Shown: positions 48,813 to 59,854 of the stretch, in pieces | How the letters are laid out: each line of letters starts with the position of its first letter | How positions within the stretch are numbered: the first letter of the stretch is position 1 | Assembly (NCBI GenBank): GCA_025603075.1 | Contig: MU626271.1 | Span: 62,001-126,000, forward strand | Direction: 5' to 3' | Source: Neoconidiobolus thromboides FSU 785 | Taxonomy: Eukaryota > Fungi > Entomophthoromycota | Length of the DNA: 64,000 nucleotides | Notes under the pieces: generated by a model | Databases searched by the model: none | What the model saw: only the letters and a program-made list of their open reading frames with translations | Told to the model about the DNA's origin: nothing | Translations under genes and position numbers: made by a program

Positions 48813-50138
48813 TTATATGCATATGAATACTTTCCTATTAACCATGAGTTTAAGAACAAGGAAAAACATTGATCCTAATAAAGCGGAAGTGCCTGAGTAC
48901 ATTATAACAGGGATATAATTAGGCTTACTTAACCCAGGACTTGAAGCAGTCAATATAGCTGATGCAATAGGAGTGCCAATTAAACTAGGGATTCCAGCAC
49001 CAAAGTAAAGTAATCCATTAATGCTCGCAATACCTTCTGCACCAAACAACTGAACTGTAACCACTGGTAACATTGAAATAAAGCCTCCAGCAGCTATACC
49101 ATATAAAATACAAAATAATAGTAGCATATTAAAAGTATATGAAAATGTCCATATAAAATAGCACAAAAAAGAATTAAGAGTAATACAAAGGAAAAGTATA
49201 TTATATCTACCAAAATAGTCTCCTAAGTTACCTAACGCTACTCTTCCAATAGCAGATCCAGCATTCAATAAAGCAACCAATATAGCACCTTGGGTATCAG
49301 TGAGGTTAACCGATTGAGCGTACTTACTCATAAGCAACAGCGGTACAAGGTAGCCAAAAGCGCATAAAGAGCCACCAAAAAAGACTATAAGGAATCTACG
49401 ATCTTTAAACTTTGAAAAATCAAACCAAGAGGTCTTTTTTGTAATCTTGATCCTTTCTTTTAAAAAGAAAGCAGTGATTGGTAATATAACAATTGAGATC
49501 ATAGCCTGTATCCGAAGCGCCCATCGAAATCCTAGTTTATTTACTATATACTGCGTCGTTGGATTTAATACCAACCCGCCAACTCCTGAACCTGCTAAAA
49601 AAATACCAGTTGCTAAGCCAATATGTTTATCAAACCATTGTACAGGAGCGCTTACTGCTGGAATAAAGGCAATAGAGCTACCGATACCTACCATAGCCCC
49701 TTGTGTTAAAATTAAATGCCAGACTTCTTTACTAAATGAAGCTAATAGTAACCCCAATGAATAAATCACCGAACCAATAAAAGCAGTCTTTTGATAGCCT
49801 ATCTTATCTGCTAATCTTCCAGTAAATATAGCTAACAGGGTATTAGTTGAAGTCCCCAAAGTACTAATGAAACTTAGTGAGGTTAAGGCTGCTTCATCTT
49901 TAAATAGCTCATCAGAGTAATACTTTACAAATATTCCGGAGCCGTAAATTGTGCCTAAAACTACAAATAGATGAAAAAAACTAGCAGTTACTACGATCCA
50001 ACCTTGGGGGCCATCTAATTGAGACTGTTTTTCTGGATCTTCGTCTAGTACATTTTTGCTTGTTTTTTCAAATATGGTATTAATATCCAGTTCTGTGCTA
50101 AGATTTATTCTTTCTTCTATAGTTGTAGTATTCTTCAT
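48813..50138 (-). CDS. Monocarboxylate-porter MFS transporter, paralog 3
   Basis: DGPQGWIVVTASF, GRLADKIGYQ, APVQWFDKHIGLATG and GRVALGNLGDYFGR. Confidence 0.92.
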   Translation of the reverse strand: MKNTTTIEERINLSTELDINTIFEKTSKNVLDEDPEKQSQLDGPQGWIVVTASFFHLFVVLGTIYGSGIFVKYYSDELFKDEAALTSLSFISTLGTSTNTLLAIFTGRLADKIGYQKTAFIGSVIYSLGLLLASFSKEVWHLILTQGAMVGIGSSIAFIPAVSAPVQWFDKHIGLATGIFLAGSGVGGLVLNPTTQYIVNKLGFRWALRIQAMISIVILPITAFFLKERIKITKKTSWFDFSKFKDRRFLIVFFGGSLCAFGYLVPLLLMSKYAQSVNLTDTQGAILVALLNAGSAIGRVALGNLGDYFGRYNILFLCITLNSFLCYFIWTFSYTFNMLLLFCILYGIAAGGFISMLPVVTVQLFGAEGIASINGLLYFGAGIPSLIGTPIASAILTASSPGLSKPNYIPVIMYSGTSALLGSMFFLVLKLMVNRKVFICI

Positions 50139-50859
50139 TTTAAATACTGTTTTTTATTTGAAAAAATCATTTACGTTGATTCTAAACATTTCCATTTTAT
50201 ACCTTGCTTAACTTTAAACTATTGGTAGTATATCGCTATTAGATAAAAAAATTATTCCACATTTATTGAGGCCTGAATGTTGTGTAACAGTTGACAGTAA
50301 TTGGAACAAATTCTCTTGTAGTGATTTAGTACTAAAGTAGCTGATTAAAGAGTTATAACTTTTTGGAAGCTATCATCAAGTGTATTAATGTGGGTTATTT
50401 TTTATAAAAACTATATAAAAGTAAAATTTTTATTGAAATAATGGATAGGATATTGTTTAATTTAGAGGAGTTTTGAATATTTTTAATTTTAGAAAGTGAA
50501 AGTTGCTTGCTGTATAACTCCAAATAGCACATGGGGAAATTATAAAATTGTACAACAAAAGAATATAATCATAGACTTTTATAACATATCTATAGGCCTG
50601 AATCAGAAAAATTGGTAAAAGACTATTGAGGTATAGAAAAAACAAAGAACAATGGCTAATGGGTATCATATAGCCATACTTTATTGATGATACAAAAATT
50701 AAATTAAAGGTCAGATAATAAAGCTTACTGATGAAAATAAGTTTAACAATAAAAGTTCTTAAAGTAGACTATTGTAAAAAGATATTTAGGTTAAAGGATT
50801 CTGAATGGATTAAGTCTCCAATAAAAAACGATAAGAAACACAAATGAATGTACTAGTGT

Positions 50860-52508
50860 TGAGGACAATAAGCAAATTAATAAAATCTTTATTGCTAGTG
50901 AACTGGGTGCAAAAGAGATGACAAGTTTGTGTAATATAATGATTAAAAAAGGACTATTGATTTGTTGTACTGGTCTCTTCTTTATGACTTTCATCACTTT
51001 ATTGGAATCTAATTTTAACTATAGTTCTTCTAATATTGCCTTAGATGAGTTTGAAGTAAACCTCGTAATAGGTGTATTTAAGATAAGGGCTAATTTACTA
51101 AAGACCACCCTTATCCTATTATATGTAAAATTTACTGATTGTATTGGACGTGGTGAAGTTTATCTTTTCTATATGCTATACTATTTATTGGTTAAATTGT
51201 TTGTTGGTGTAGTAACTTCTTTTTCTTCTTTTGATACAGCTTGGTTTTTGATTAATAATGGTCATATCAGTGCTAGTATTAGTGAAGCTGTTTTATTAGC
51301 CGATTTAACCTCGTTAGCAAATAGAACTATATTCGATTTAATATATGTGATACCCTATGTTTTCAATAATTGGTTGGGAACTTTACTTGCAACTCCGATT
51401 AGTGTAAACCTTGGATGGAGATCGGGTTATTCAATTCCTGATATTATACTCATCCTTCGTATATCGCTATTTTTTCCAAAGATACTTTCACTATAATATA
51501 AAGCTAAAATACAAACTGATGCTTTTGACAGCACCAAACAACTTGGTCTTAATAACGGTTTAAAGAATACCTAACAAGGGTTAGATTTAACTGGCTTTAC
51601 GCTGCTAGTCGTTGGATTATTAGCATTCTTACTACCCTTCAACATTACAGCCACATTGAGAAATAACCGGAGTAGTCCAAGTACAATAGCTTTAATTGTT
51701 GTTGGAATTATTTCGCTTTTTGTTTACTTATATGACAATATAAATGTGCTGAAGCCTCATTAATTTCATTACCAATGCTTAAAAATAGAACAATGTCAGG
51801 TGCTTTTAACCATTTTTTTAACTTCATTAGATACTGGAATAAGCTGGGAGTGTCTTTACTTGTATTTCATGACCTCACATAAACTTGATCCAACTAGTGC
51901 TTCTTTGTTATTCAAAAGGTATCAAACAGATTACTTAATTTCAGCTTTAATAAAGTGAGCTTTAATTTAAAAAAATTCCTAATTTTAATCAATCATTAAT
52001 TGCAGGTACAGAACTAAATTGTACAAGTTTAAGAGCAACGATATCAGTAAGACTTCTCCGTTCAAGTGATTTATTAACCCATGTTGCCCAAGCAAGCACT
52101 TTCAAAAGTTGGACAAGCTGCAATAGATGTAAGTATAGCCATAGCCTATCAATGATTGATAAATAAATAAAGTCTTACTAGCTATAGCTAGTACAATTCA
52201 AATAATACAAGGAATTTTCGGTGTTATCGAAAGTACAATTACGGGCGTAATTTATATTCAAGTGGTAATCATATTAGTTGAGCAGAGTTGGAGAAGTTAA
52301 TATTGAAGGAGCCATAAATCAGATAAATTATATATGGCGGTTCCTAGAGAGTCAATTTGAGCAAGTTACTTCTGCTTATAGGGGTGTAAGAATGATCTTT
52401 TCAGCCGTATTTTGTGCTTTGGAGGGATTTTCTTTAATTGTTATCTATATGGTTAACTCACTTAATGTCTATGGTATAGAAAAATTTGATGGAAAGATTA
52501 ATAAATAG
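50860..52508 (+). pseudogene. Pseudogene of the siderophore-iron MFS at 3926-5729
   Basis: Colinear from ASELGA to KFDGKI. In-frame stops are CAA>TAA at 51494 and TAT>TAA at 51572, with further stops and indels downstream. Confidence 0.9.
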
Positions 52509-52797
52509 CATCAGCATTAGTTTTTTGTCTAATATGATAATATTAAACATTGATTTACATATATTATATGCTTTGTTATTATTAAGCGACTACTATAATT
52601 TAGCTTTATAGCAACAAAAGTAACTATTTTAAGCAAATCAGTTCTCCATCAAACCGTTAAGTTGTTTGTTTGATTTGATTCAAATCATTATTATGGCACC
52701 TCATACGATTCAGAAGTATTTTTTGAGGTGTTGTCCAAGAGACCTTCAAGAGTCCAGCAAAGTTAGCCTTTTGGAAATTACATTATTTGTATTATGT

Positions 52798-52897
52798 GGG
52801 AGTGTTTTTTTTGACTTCATTACTTTTTTCATTTTTTTGAGCGCTATTTAAGTAGAAAATTTGTTAGTAAAATTCTTAAACACCAAAATATATCCCT
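52798..52897 (-). mobile_element. MITE copy
   Basis: GGGAGTG...TATCCCT, flanks ATGT/ATAT. Confidence 0.85.
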
Positions 52898-54978
52898 ATA
52901 TAATGTTTTGTTTTTAATTTGGATTTATTGTTTATAAGACAGCATTCCCAATAATTCCCTTTGATACTCTTACTTGATTGATAGCTTAGTTGTGTACAAA
53001 AATCAAATTATTCATAATTATCAAACTATTATTAAAATAAAGTAGACGTTATTGTATACAGCTTTTAAATGAATTGTGACTATATTACCATATCTCTTAT
53101 TACTTTATTGTTTTTAGGAGCCAATGTGAGGAAGGCTCAATGATTGAGCGTTTTACCATCATTATTAACCGTTTGAATAACTATAACAATGTATCAAGCT
53201 TGGATAGATTTTTAAAAAATACATTAATAGATGCTCACCAATTATAATTTTATATTTCTATGATAGAATTTACAGATGATCATTAAAACCGAAATTTTTA
53301 AATGATAAAATCAGTCAACTTACTAAAATTGGCATCTTAGAATCAACCAGCTCATTTAATTGGTGGAAGGCAAAACTAAAATAAACAGCTAACAAAGTCA
53401 AAAATCAAAAGATCTAATTTTATATAAGTCATCAATAATTATTTTCTTTTTTTAATAAAAAGACCAAAATCCACAATAGTTGAATCTGCAATATATGACC
53501 CCATTGGATAAACAGAGTTCCGCCTCGTATTAATTTTCTTCGGCATTAAAGGAGTGAATAGAAATAAGTAGATCTTATTCTATAATCGTTACAAGCTGTG
53601 AGTCAGCTTAAGGTTACTTTACCGGAAAGGTCTCAACAGGATTACATTCTGATTAATAGATATGAACTGGTCTTACCTTTAGTGGAATAAATTAATCAAA
53701 AGAGTTTGTGCTTGTCCTCATAATCGTTTATAATATTTTATTTACTTATCTTGATTCTCAATGGCTTTATTTGACTGAACCAAGCTAATAAAGTTTAACA
53801 TTAGAACAAAGTAGCCTTGGGTAAGAAGGGATTCTCGACTGCTAACTATTATATTGCTTTGAACTCGGGTAGTCTTTTTTTACATAATTTTGAAATTTTG
53901 TAAAGTTCTAATACAAACAACAATACTTATTAATTATACTTTATTCAACATAAAGCATTGATAGTAAGATCGAGCTAAATTCTGAATATGAGTAAGTTTG
54001 AAAGCTTGGTTAAATTAAGTTTTTCAATTTCACTTTTTGTTCATTTTCTATGTAGTCCAAATTTTAAAAAGAAATATTAAATACTGGATAAAAAAACATT
54101 CTCATATAAATAACTTTGGATTGTATTGAGAACTAATTTCATAACACCTTGTGCTCAATCCCTAACTCTTGTTAAAAATCTAAATTGGATAAAAATTGAA
54201 CTAAGCTTTTGAACTAACCCATATATACAAAATCTATCAAAGTTATTAGTTTTAATTGCAACAAATTACAATAATGCAACCTACTCCGATGGGCATCAGA
54301 AATAATTTAGTAAACAAACACTCTCAAATATCTATTTATCTAAAGATGTAATACCAAACAATGTTGTAGCTATTGATAAACATCAAAGTTACTAGCTTTG
54401 AAGTTGCTAACAATGAAACATTTTGAAACTATGTATTTAAGAAGGTATTTATCCTAGTAAATTAATTGTTGATTTGATTTTAAGCAGTTGTCATAGCAAT
54501 AGGTATGTTCTTCTAGTATGAAGTTGTAGAGTTCAAGTTTAGTAGAATTTTAATTGTATAAGAGTGTGACAAATAGTAATTTTAATCAATAAGTTTATTT
54601 CAAATACAAAAATCTAGAAAGAGTTTTATATTTTGTAAGTAACTTATAAAAGATATATTAGTAAAAAGATAACAACTTAATGATTTCAAAATTAAAATCC
54701 AACATACAAGTGAGTTGAAACACTTTAAAAATAGTCAACTTTCATACTTCTCATAGCTAGTGATACCATAAAATATAAATTAAGAATCAGTTTAATCAAT
54801 TTAAAACAGCTTTCTTTTATACTTTATTTAAGCATTATTAACATAAAATAAGAGTAAACAAAACACTATCTTGTTGACAATACAACTTTCAATATGTAAT
54901 CCTTATTCTAAAACCAAATACTCTAAATCTTTTATATAAAACACCAAACCAAAATGATCCTTTCTACAATTATCAATT

Positions 54979-55340
54979 TTATTTCTCTTCACTTTCTACC
55001 TTAACTTTATCAAAACTAATTTTAGGTTGTATAGGTTTTTGGACCTGCTGAGTGGTAGTAATAGCTGTCCCAAGTAATAAACCAACTATAGTTAATGTTT
55101 GAAAAGCCACTCTATATCTTAAAAATTGAACTCCTTGTACTCGAGAACCTTTACGAAATTTTATATAAGCTCCAACAAAGGAACCAATGGTTAAAGCCAC
55201 ACCTAAGAGGTGGAAAGAAAGGGTTACGGTTAGAGATAAGGAAGTAATTAATAGAAATGTAAATTACCTAATGGTACCCAAGGTTGTTCTTTACTTTTAC
55301 GTTTGATTTTTTGTAATGTAGTTTCAGGATCCCTATTCAT
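54979..55340 (-). CDS. RCF1: HIG1-domain respiratory supercomplex factor (Rcf1-like), 2 exons
   Basis: ETTLQKIKRKSKEQPWVPLG|VALTIG...FLRYRVAFQTLTI. Confidence 0.88.
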
Positions 55341-55603
55341 CTGCTTTTTTTGATTATAAATAAATAAATATTATAAAAAAAGAATTTTTATTTATACGAT
55401 TCCCTTCATACACTTCATTTTTCAAATTCAACTTTAAGTTCTATTTTTATTGGCTCTTGATTTGAAAATGATAGAAATTTTTAGATCATATTTGGAAGTT
55501 TGCTATGAAAAACTCGATTCCAATCAAAACAATAATAAAGCTCAACAAAAATAAGAATTCAATTTTATTTCAATCTTTCCCTAGAACCCACTCATATCCC
55601 CAT

Positions 55604-56510
55604 TTATGTCTCCACCAGCTGCAATAACCTCTTCTTTTTCTCTTTCAACTGCATAATTTTCTCCTCCCTAAACTTCAATGCCAAGATCAAATTCCCCAAG
55701 GAGCTTAGCTCCAAAATCGCCTGTATAAAATTCGCTTGAGAGTTCTTTAGTGAAGGCGGAGACAATACTCCAAACCAAAGAATTGGATCTTTAAATTTAT
55801 TTTTCTTATTTTCTTGTACCTGTTTTAGTTCTATTAAAGTTTTATCTCCTTTATCATGCTTGTTGTAATTGGAACTAGAGTCAAAGTCGAAGTTAGAAGT
55901 TGATTTATTCGATAATTCTAAAAGATTATTTCTTTGACGTATAGGTTGGCTATCATTAGCGCTTGTGAAAGTACTTGCTTCAGCATTATTTTCTACATTA
56001 TTAGTAGTCATCACAAACTTTAATTTGTTAAGTTTAGGATCAGTATCCTCATTTAAAGGTATTAAATCTTCAGAAATGATATCACTTTTTAAATAATAGA
56101 TTATTATATTAATTAATTAATTAAAATAAGTATATATACATAATAAACTTACAGTTTAGTACTTGCTTGCATCCTTTTATCATATTGAAATTGACTAATT
56201 TTATTAGAACCTAGTATATATTTACTATGCGCTAATTCTAAAAAGCCCTTTTAATAAAATGATTAAAATTCAGGTTTATGTGAAATATAAGATATAAAAT
56301 ATAAGTAGATATACAATAAAAAGATTGAGTATATATAATATAGTATAAGGATATACCAGAAATATAAAAGTATAACAATAATATACAAAGACTTACATTA
56401 TGTAATAGAAAATTAGTTCTTTTACGTTGGGTTTCATAAGTAGTTAATAATTCCATATATTCTATTAACTCTTGATCTAATTGTTGACAAATTTGTTCTA
56501 ATTCATTCAT
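55604..56510 (-). CDS. VMA22: V-ATPase assembly factor CCDC115/Vma22, multi-exon
   Basis: LDQELIEYMELLTTY, GFLELAHSKYILG..ISQFQYDKRMQA and KDPILWFGVLSPPSLKNSQANF. Confidence 0.88.
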
Positions 56511-56982
56511 ATTATTCCTTTATCCTTTTGTCTTTTTATCCTTTTTATTTTTTATAAAGAGAAATTTAAATAATAGATGAAATTTCAATTAGTGGATGTT
56601 TATAATTTTCATTAAATCAATTATTGCAACGTAGTAATGGATTCTATATAATTTTAGTGGCGCTAATTTTTGCCAATGGAACTTCAATAAGATTTTGATT
56701 TAAAAGCATCTTATAAGTAGATTGATCCTGTTATTATCAATTTATTGATCAATATTGATATATCATTATTTTTTTATTAGTTACAAGTATTGCTATTTTT
56801 GTAATAAAGTGCTAATATAATACCTATTTTAACATTAAACAACATTTTCTTCTCATTTCGTATTAAAAAAATTGATTTTTTTCCCCCATTTTTTTACAAT
56901 CAAAAAGAACAGTCAGAAACTTCAATAAAAGTTAACTTTCAAGATTTTTTTATTTTAGACATTAACTTCAAATTTTTTTAAA

Positions 56983-57692
56983 ATGCAACCAGTTTTCAAC
57001 CTTTCTCAAACAAGGCCCATTGAGTCAGATAATGAAACTACAACTACAACAGAAGTAAATTTAAATTTGCAAGGACAAGGTAATTTTATAAAATAAAACG
57101 ATAAAAAAACCTTAATAGTGAGTAGATTCACTTGATATTCAGAGAGATGATATAATTCGACAATTTAATACCTCAGAAGATAAAAAAAGGTAATCGTATA
57201 ATTAATTTTTAAAGCAACGATAATAGTAATTAACTATTGAATATTGAATGCAATTATCTAGATTATTACAAAAGCTTAAAAGAGAACTACATAATTCAGA
57301 ATGGGAATCAAATCTAAGAAAATCAATAGAAGGTACATTTGTTTTTAATCAAATAAGTATAATCAAACCAATTTTATTATAAGATATATTTGATTAAGCG
57401 AAAATATAGTAACTGTTTTATTTATATATATAATAGAAATAGTTCAACGCTCATTAATGAAAGATGCTATAAATATGGATAGAATTACAAATGCTTTAGT
57501 AAAACAAGGAAGTGGTAAGTATCCTACTTTATACTATTAACATTTAAAAAATACGCATTTAATTAAAGGTTGTTAATTTATTTATAAATTTTAGATAAGG
57601 TACCTCCTACTATTAAAAAGAAGACATTGACCAGAATTCGAAAATATGTACAATTGGAAATGCAAAAGAGGAAACAAGATGTGGAAGATTGA
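56983..57692 (+). CDS. SUS1: Sus1/ENY2-family protein, paralog A (5 exons)
   Basis: Spliced: IIRQFNTSEDKKR|LLQKLKRELHNSEWESNLRKSIE|EIVQ...MDRITNALVKQGS|DKVPPTIKKKTLTRIRKYV. This matches the ENY2 pattern (L..L...L...GW...L; I..KGRA.VP..VK.ELL.RIR.FL). Confidence 0.8.
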
Positions 57693-58019
57693 AATTAAAT
57701 CAAATTATTTATCATCAATAAAAAATAGTTAGGCTAGTATTATATTATAACCTGTTTTTTTGTTTTTTTGTATGACGATATGAAAGGAAAATTCTATTAT
57801 TTTTTTCTTTTGATTTCATTCCCTTTCTCTTTTTTATATTTTGTATTTTATATTTTAAATTCAGGTCCATTTTATTGGCCAGGTTATTTATTCTCATTGA
57901 TATTTGCAATTTTTTCAAATAAGAAATATCAAACTTTTGACTTTTCAATCTTTTTATCACTTTTTATCCTCCCCTTTTTATATTATTTATTCTGCTTTTT
58001 ACATTTTTTAGGAAATATA

Positions 58020-58592
58020 ATGTCATTCAATCCAACTCAATTAACCTCTACAAACAATAATAATAAAAGCAATAGTTTACCCAAATTAGATTTACTGAGT
58101 TTAAGAGATAAATTTGACCAAATTGAAAGAGAAGGGTAAGTTAAATTACTTAATAAAACAAATAACACAATAACATGAAGATTTTTTAATACGAATTTTT
58201 ATTTTAGTTTGGTAGAATTAATATTAAATAAATTACAAGGCAGTCATTGGAAGTTAAAATTATTTAGATATTTAAATGGTAAATTAATAATATAGAATAT
58301 ACAAAACATGTACTAATAATCTTTTATTAATTAATCAATTAGAAATAACATCTCGGATTGATAAAAATCAAATCAGTAAAATTAAACTGAGAAATTTACT
58401 AATTAAAAAAGGATTAGGTAAAATAATATTATAGTATATGATAGTAGTATAGAACTAACGTATTGAAATTAATATTATGATTTTTAATTTCTTTCTTTAG
58501 TTGATTTACCTATCCCTATAAAAAATGAAATTTATTATAAAATTAAAAAATTTATCAAATTATATCAAAAAAATTTTAATAATCGAAATTAA
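58020..58592 (+). CDS. Sus1/ENY2-family protein, divergent paralog B (4 exons)
   Basis: Spliced: LRDKFDQIEREG|LVELILNKLQGSHWKLKLFRYLN|EITSRIDKNQISKIKLRNLLIKKGL|VDLPIPIKNEIYYKIKKFI. Its three introns match paralog A in position and phase. Confidence 0.72.
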
Positions 58593-58644
58593 AAAATAAA
58601 AGCCATACAAAATAGCATATAATAATCATGTTTATTTGTTAAAT

Positions 58645-59556
58645 TTAAATTTCATCTTTTTTTAATACTTGAACAATCTTATTTAACTTATCACCTTCAT
58701 CCTCGTTTAATACTAGCTCATCTTGAATAATAACACTACCATTTTTACCAACAACTGCAGGATAAGATAAATAAACTTGATATTTAGGATGAAATACAGA
58801 AACTGGTAAGATCATTTTTTTATCATTAATAATAGTATCACATAAAATAGAGACACAAGATGCAATACCAAATTGAGTACTACCCTTTTTTAAGATAATA
58901 TTATAAGCTTTACGCATAACTTCATTTTCAATCTTCTTGACTTCTTGCTCTCCAATTTCCTTCATTTTACTATATTTGATTATTGGAAAATTACCAACAG
59001 TACCATTAGACCAATTAATAAATTGTAGATCCCCATGCTCTCCTAATATATTAATATGAATTGAATTACTATTGATATCAAATAATTTAGATAAATAAGC
59101 TCTTAATCTTAAAGAATCTAATATAGTTCCTGTACCAAATACCTGTTGATAAGGCAATTGAGTCAACTTTTGAGTTAAATAAGCTAATCTATCTACTGGA
59201 TTGGAAACAACTAACCAAATAGATTTCTTATTGAATTCTCCCATACCATCAATTATACTTTTTAATATTTCCTGATTTCTTTTTAATAATTCGTCTCGAC
59301 TTTCTCCTTTTCTTTGTTTAGCACCAGCAGTTACAATAATTATATCCGCTTGACCACATTCTTTTAAATCTCCACAACCAATCTTAGTACTACTTAAAAA
59401 AGTACTATCTTCTAAATCCATTCTTTGGCCTTCTTGTAAGTCATTATCAAGGTCATTCATTATAATTTCACAACTTCGATTGCTTACAATGAGTCCATAA
59501 GCAATACTAGATCCTACACTTCCACTTCCAATGATCGCTACTTTCGCGGTTTTCAT
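58645..59556 (-). CDS. LDH: NAD-dependent L-lactate dehydrogenase, intronless
   Basis: KVAIIGSGSVG, TAGAKQRKGESR (Gln at the LDH/MDH specificity position), VSNPVD, GTILDSLR and ILGEHGD. The likely start is MKTAKV at 59556. Confidence 0.93.
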   Translation of the reverse strand: MKTAKVAIIGSGSVGSSIAYGLIVSNRSCEIIMNDLDNDLQEGQRMDLEDSTFLSSTKIGCGDLKECGQADIIIVTAGAKQRKGESRDELLKRNQEILKSIIDGMGEFNKKSIWLVVSNPVDRLAYLTQKLTQLPYQQVFGTGTILDSLRLRAYLSKLFDINSNSIHINILGEHGDLQFINWSNGTVGNFPIIKYSKMKEIGEQEVKKIENEVMRKAYNIILKKGSTQFGIASCVSILCDTIINDKKMILPVSVFHPKYQVYLSYPAVVGKNGSVIIQDELVLNEDEGDKLNKIVQVLKKDEI

Positions 59557-59692
59557 ATTTTTAAATTTTATTGTTTTATCTTTAGAACAAAGCTTAATGT
59601 TGAAATATTTCAACTTCTTTTGTTTTATATCCTTGATTCTTTTTAATATGACGTAGCTTAAGAATATTTTGATTTATTATTATCATTCGATA

Positions 59693-59700
59693 TGACGTCA
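59693..59700. promoter_or_regulatory. CRE/ATF-type TGACGTCA in the divergent LDH-gephyrin promoter
   Basis: Exact palindrome, with a second near-site ATGACGTA at ~59648. Confidence 0.35.
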
Positions 59701-59854
59701 ATCGAATTTACTTTGTGTTCTCTTTTCTCCCTTAATTGAAGTTTAAAAATTAAAGTTAGATTTTTAGAATACTACTTACTAATAAAAAAATTCAAATTTT
59801 AACAATTTTATTTTTAAAAGATTCAAAAATTACAACCTAAAAAAAACAAATAAA

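Noticed and set aside
2136-52901. The ~100-bp repeat as a CRISPR array or REP element
   Set aside because: The context is eukaryotic, copies are dispersed in both orientations with TIRs and TSDs, and there is no regular repeat-spacer period or cas gene.
57768-58019. Phe/Leu-rich 5' part of ORF 57768-58139 and antisense ORF 57745-57960
   Set aside because: This is T-rich promoter sequence between the two SUS1-like genes; the spliced model starts at ATG 58020.
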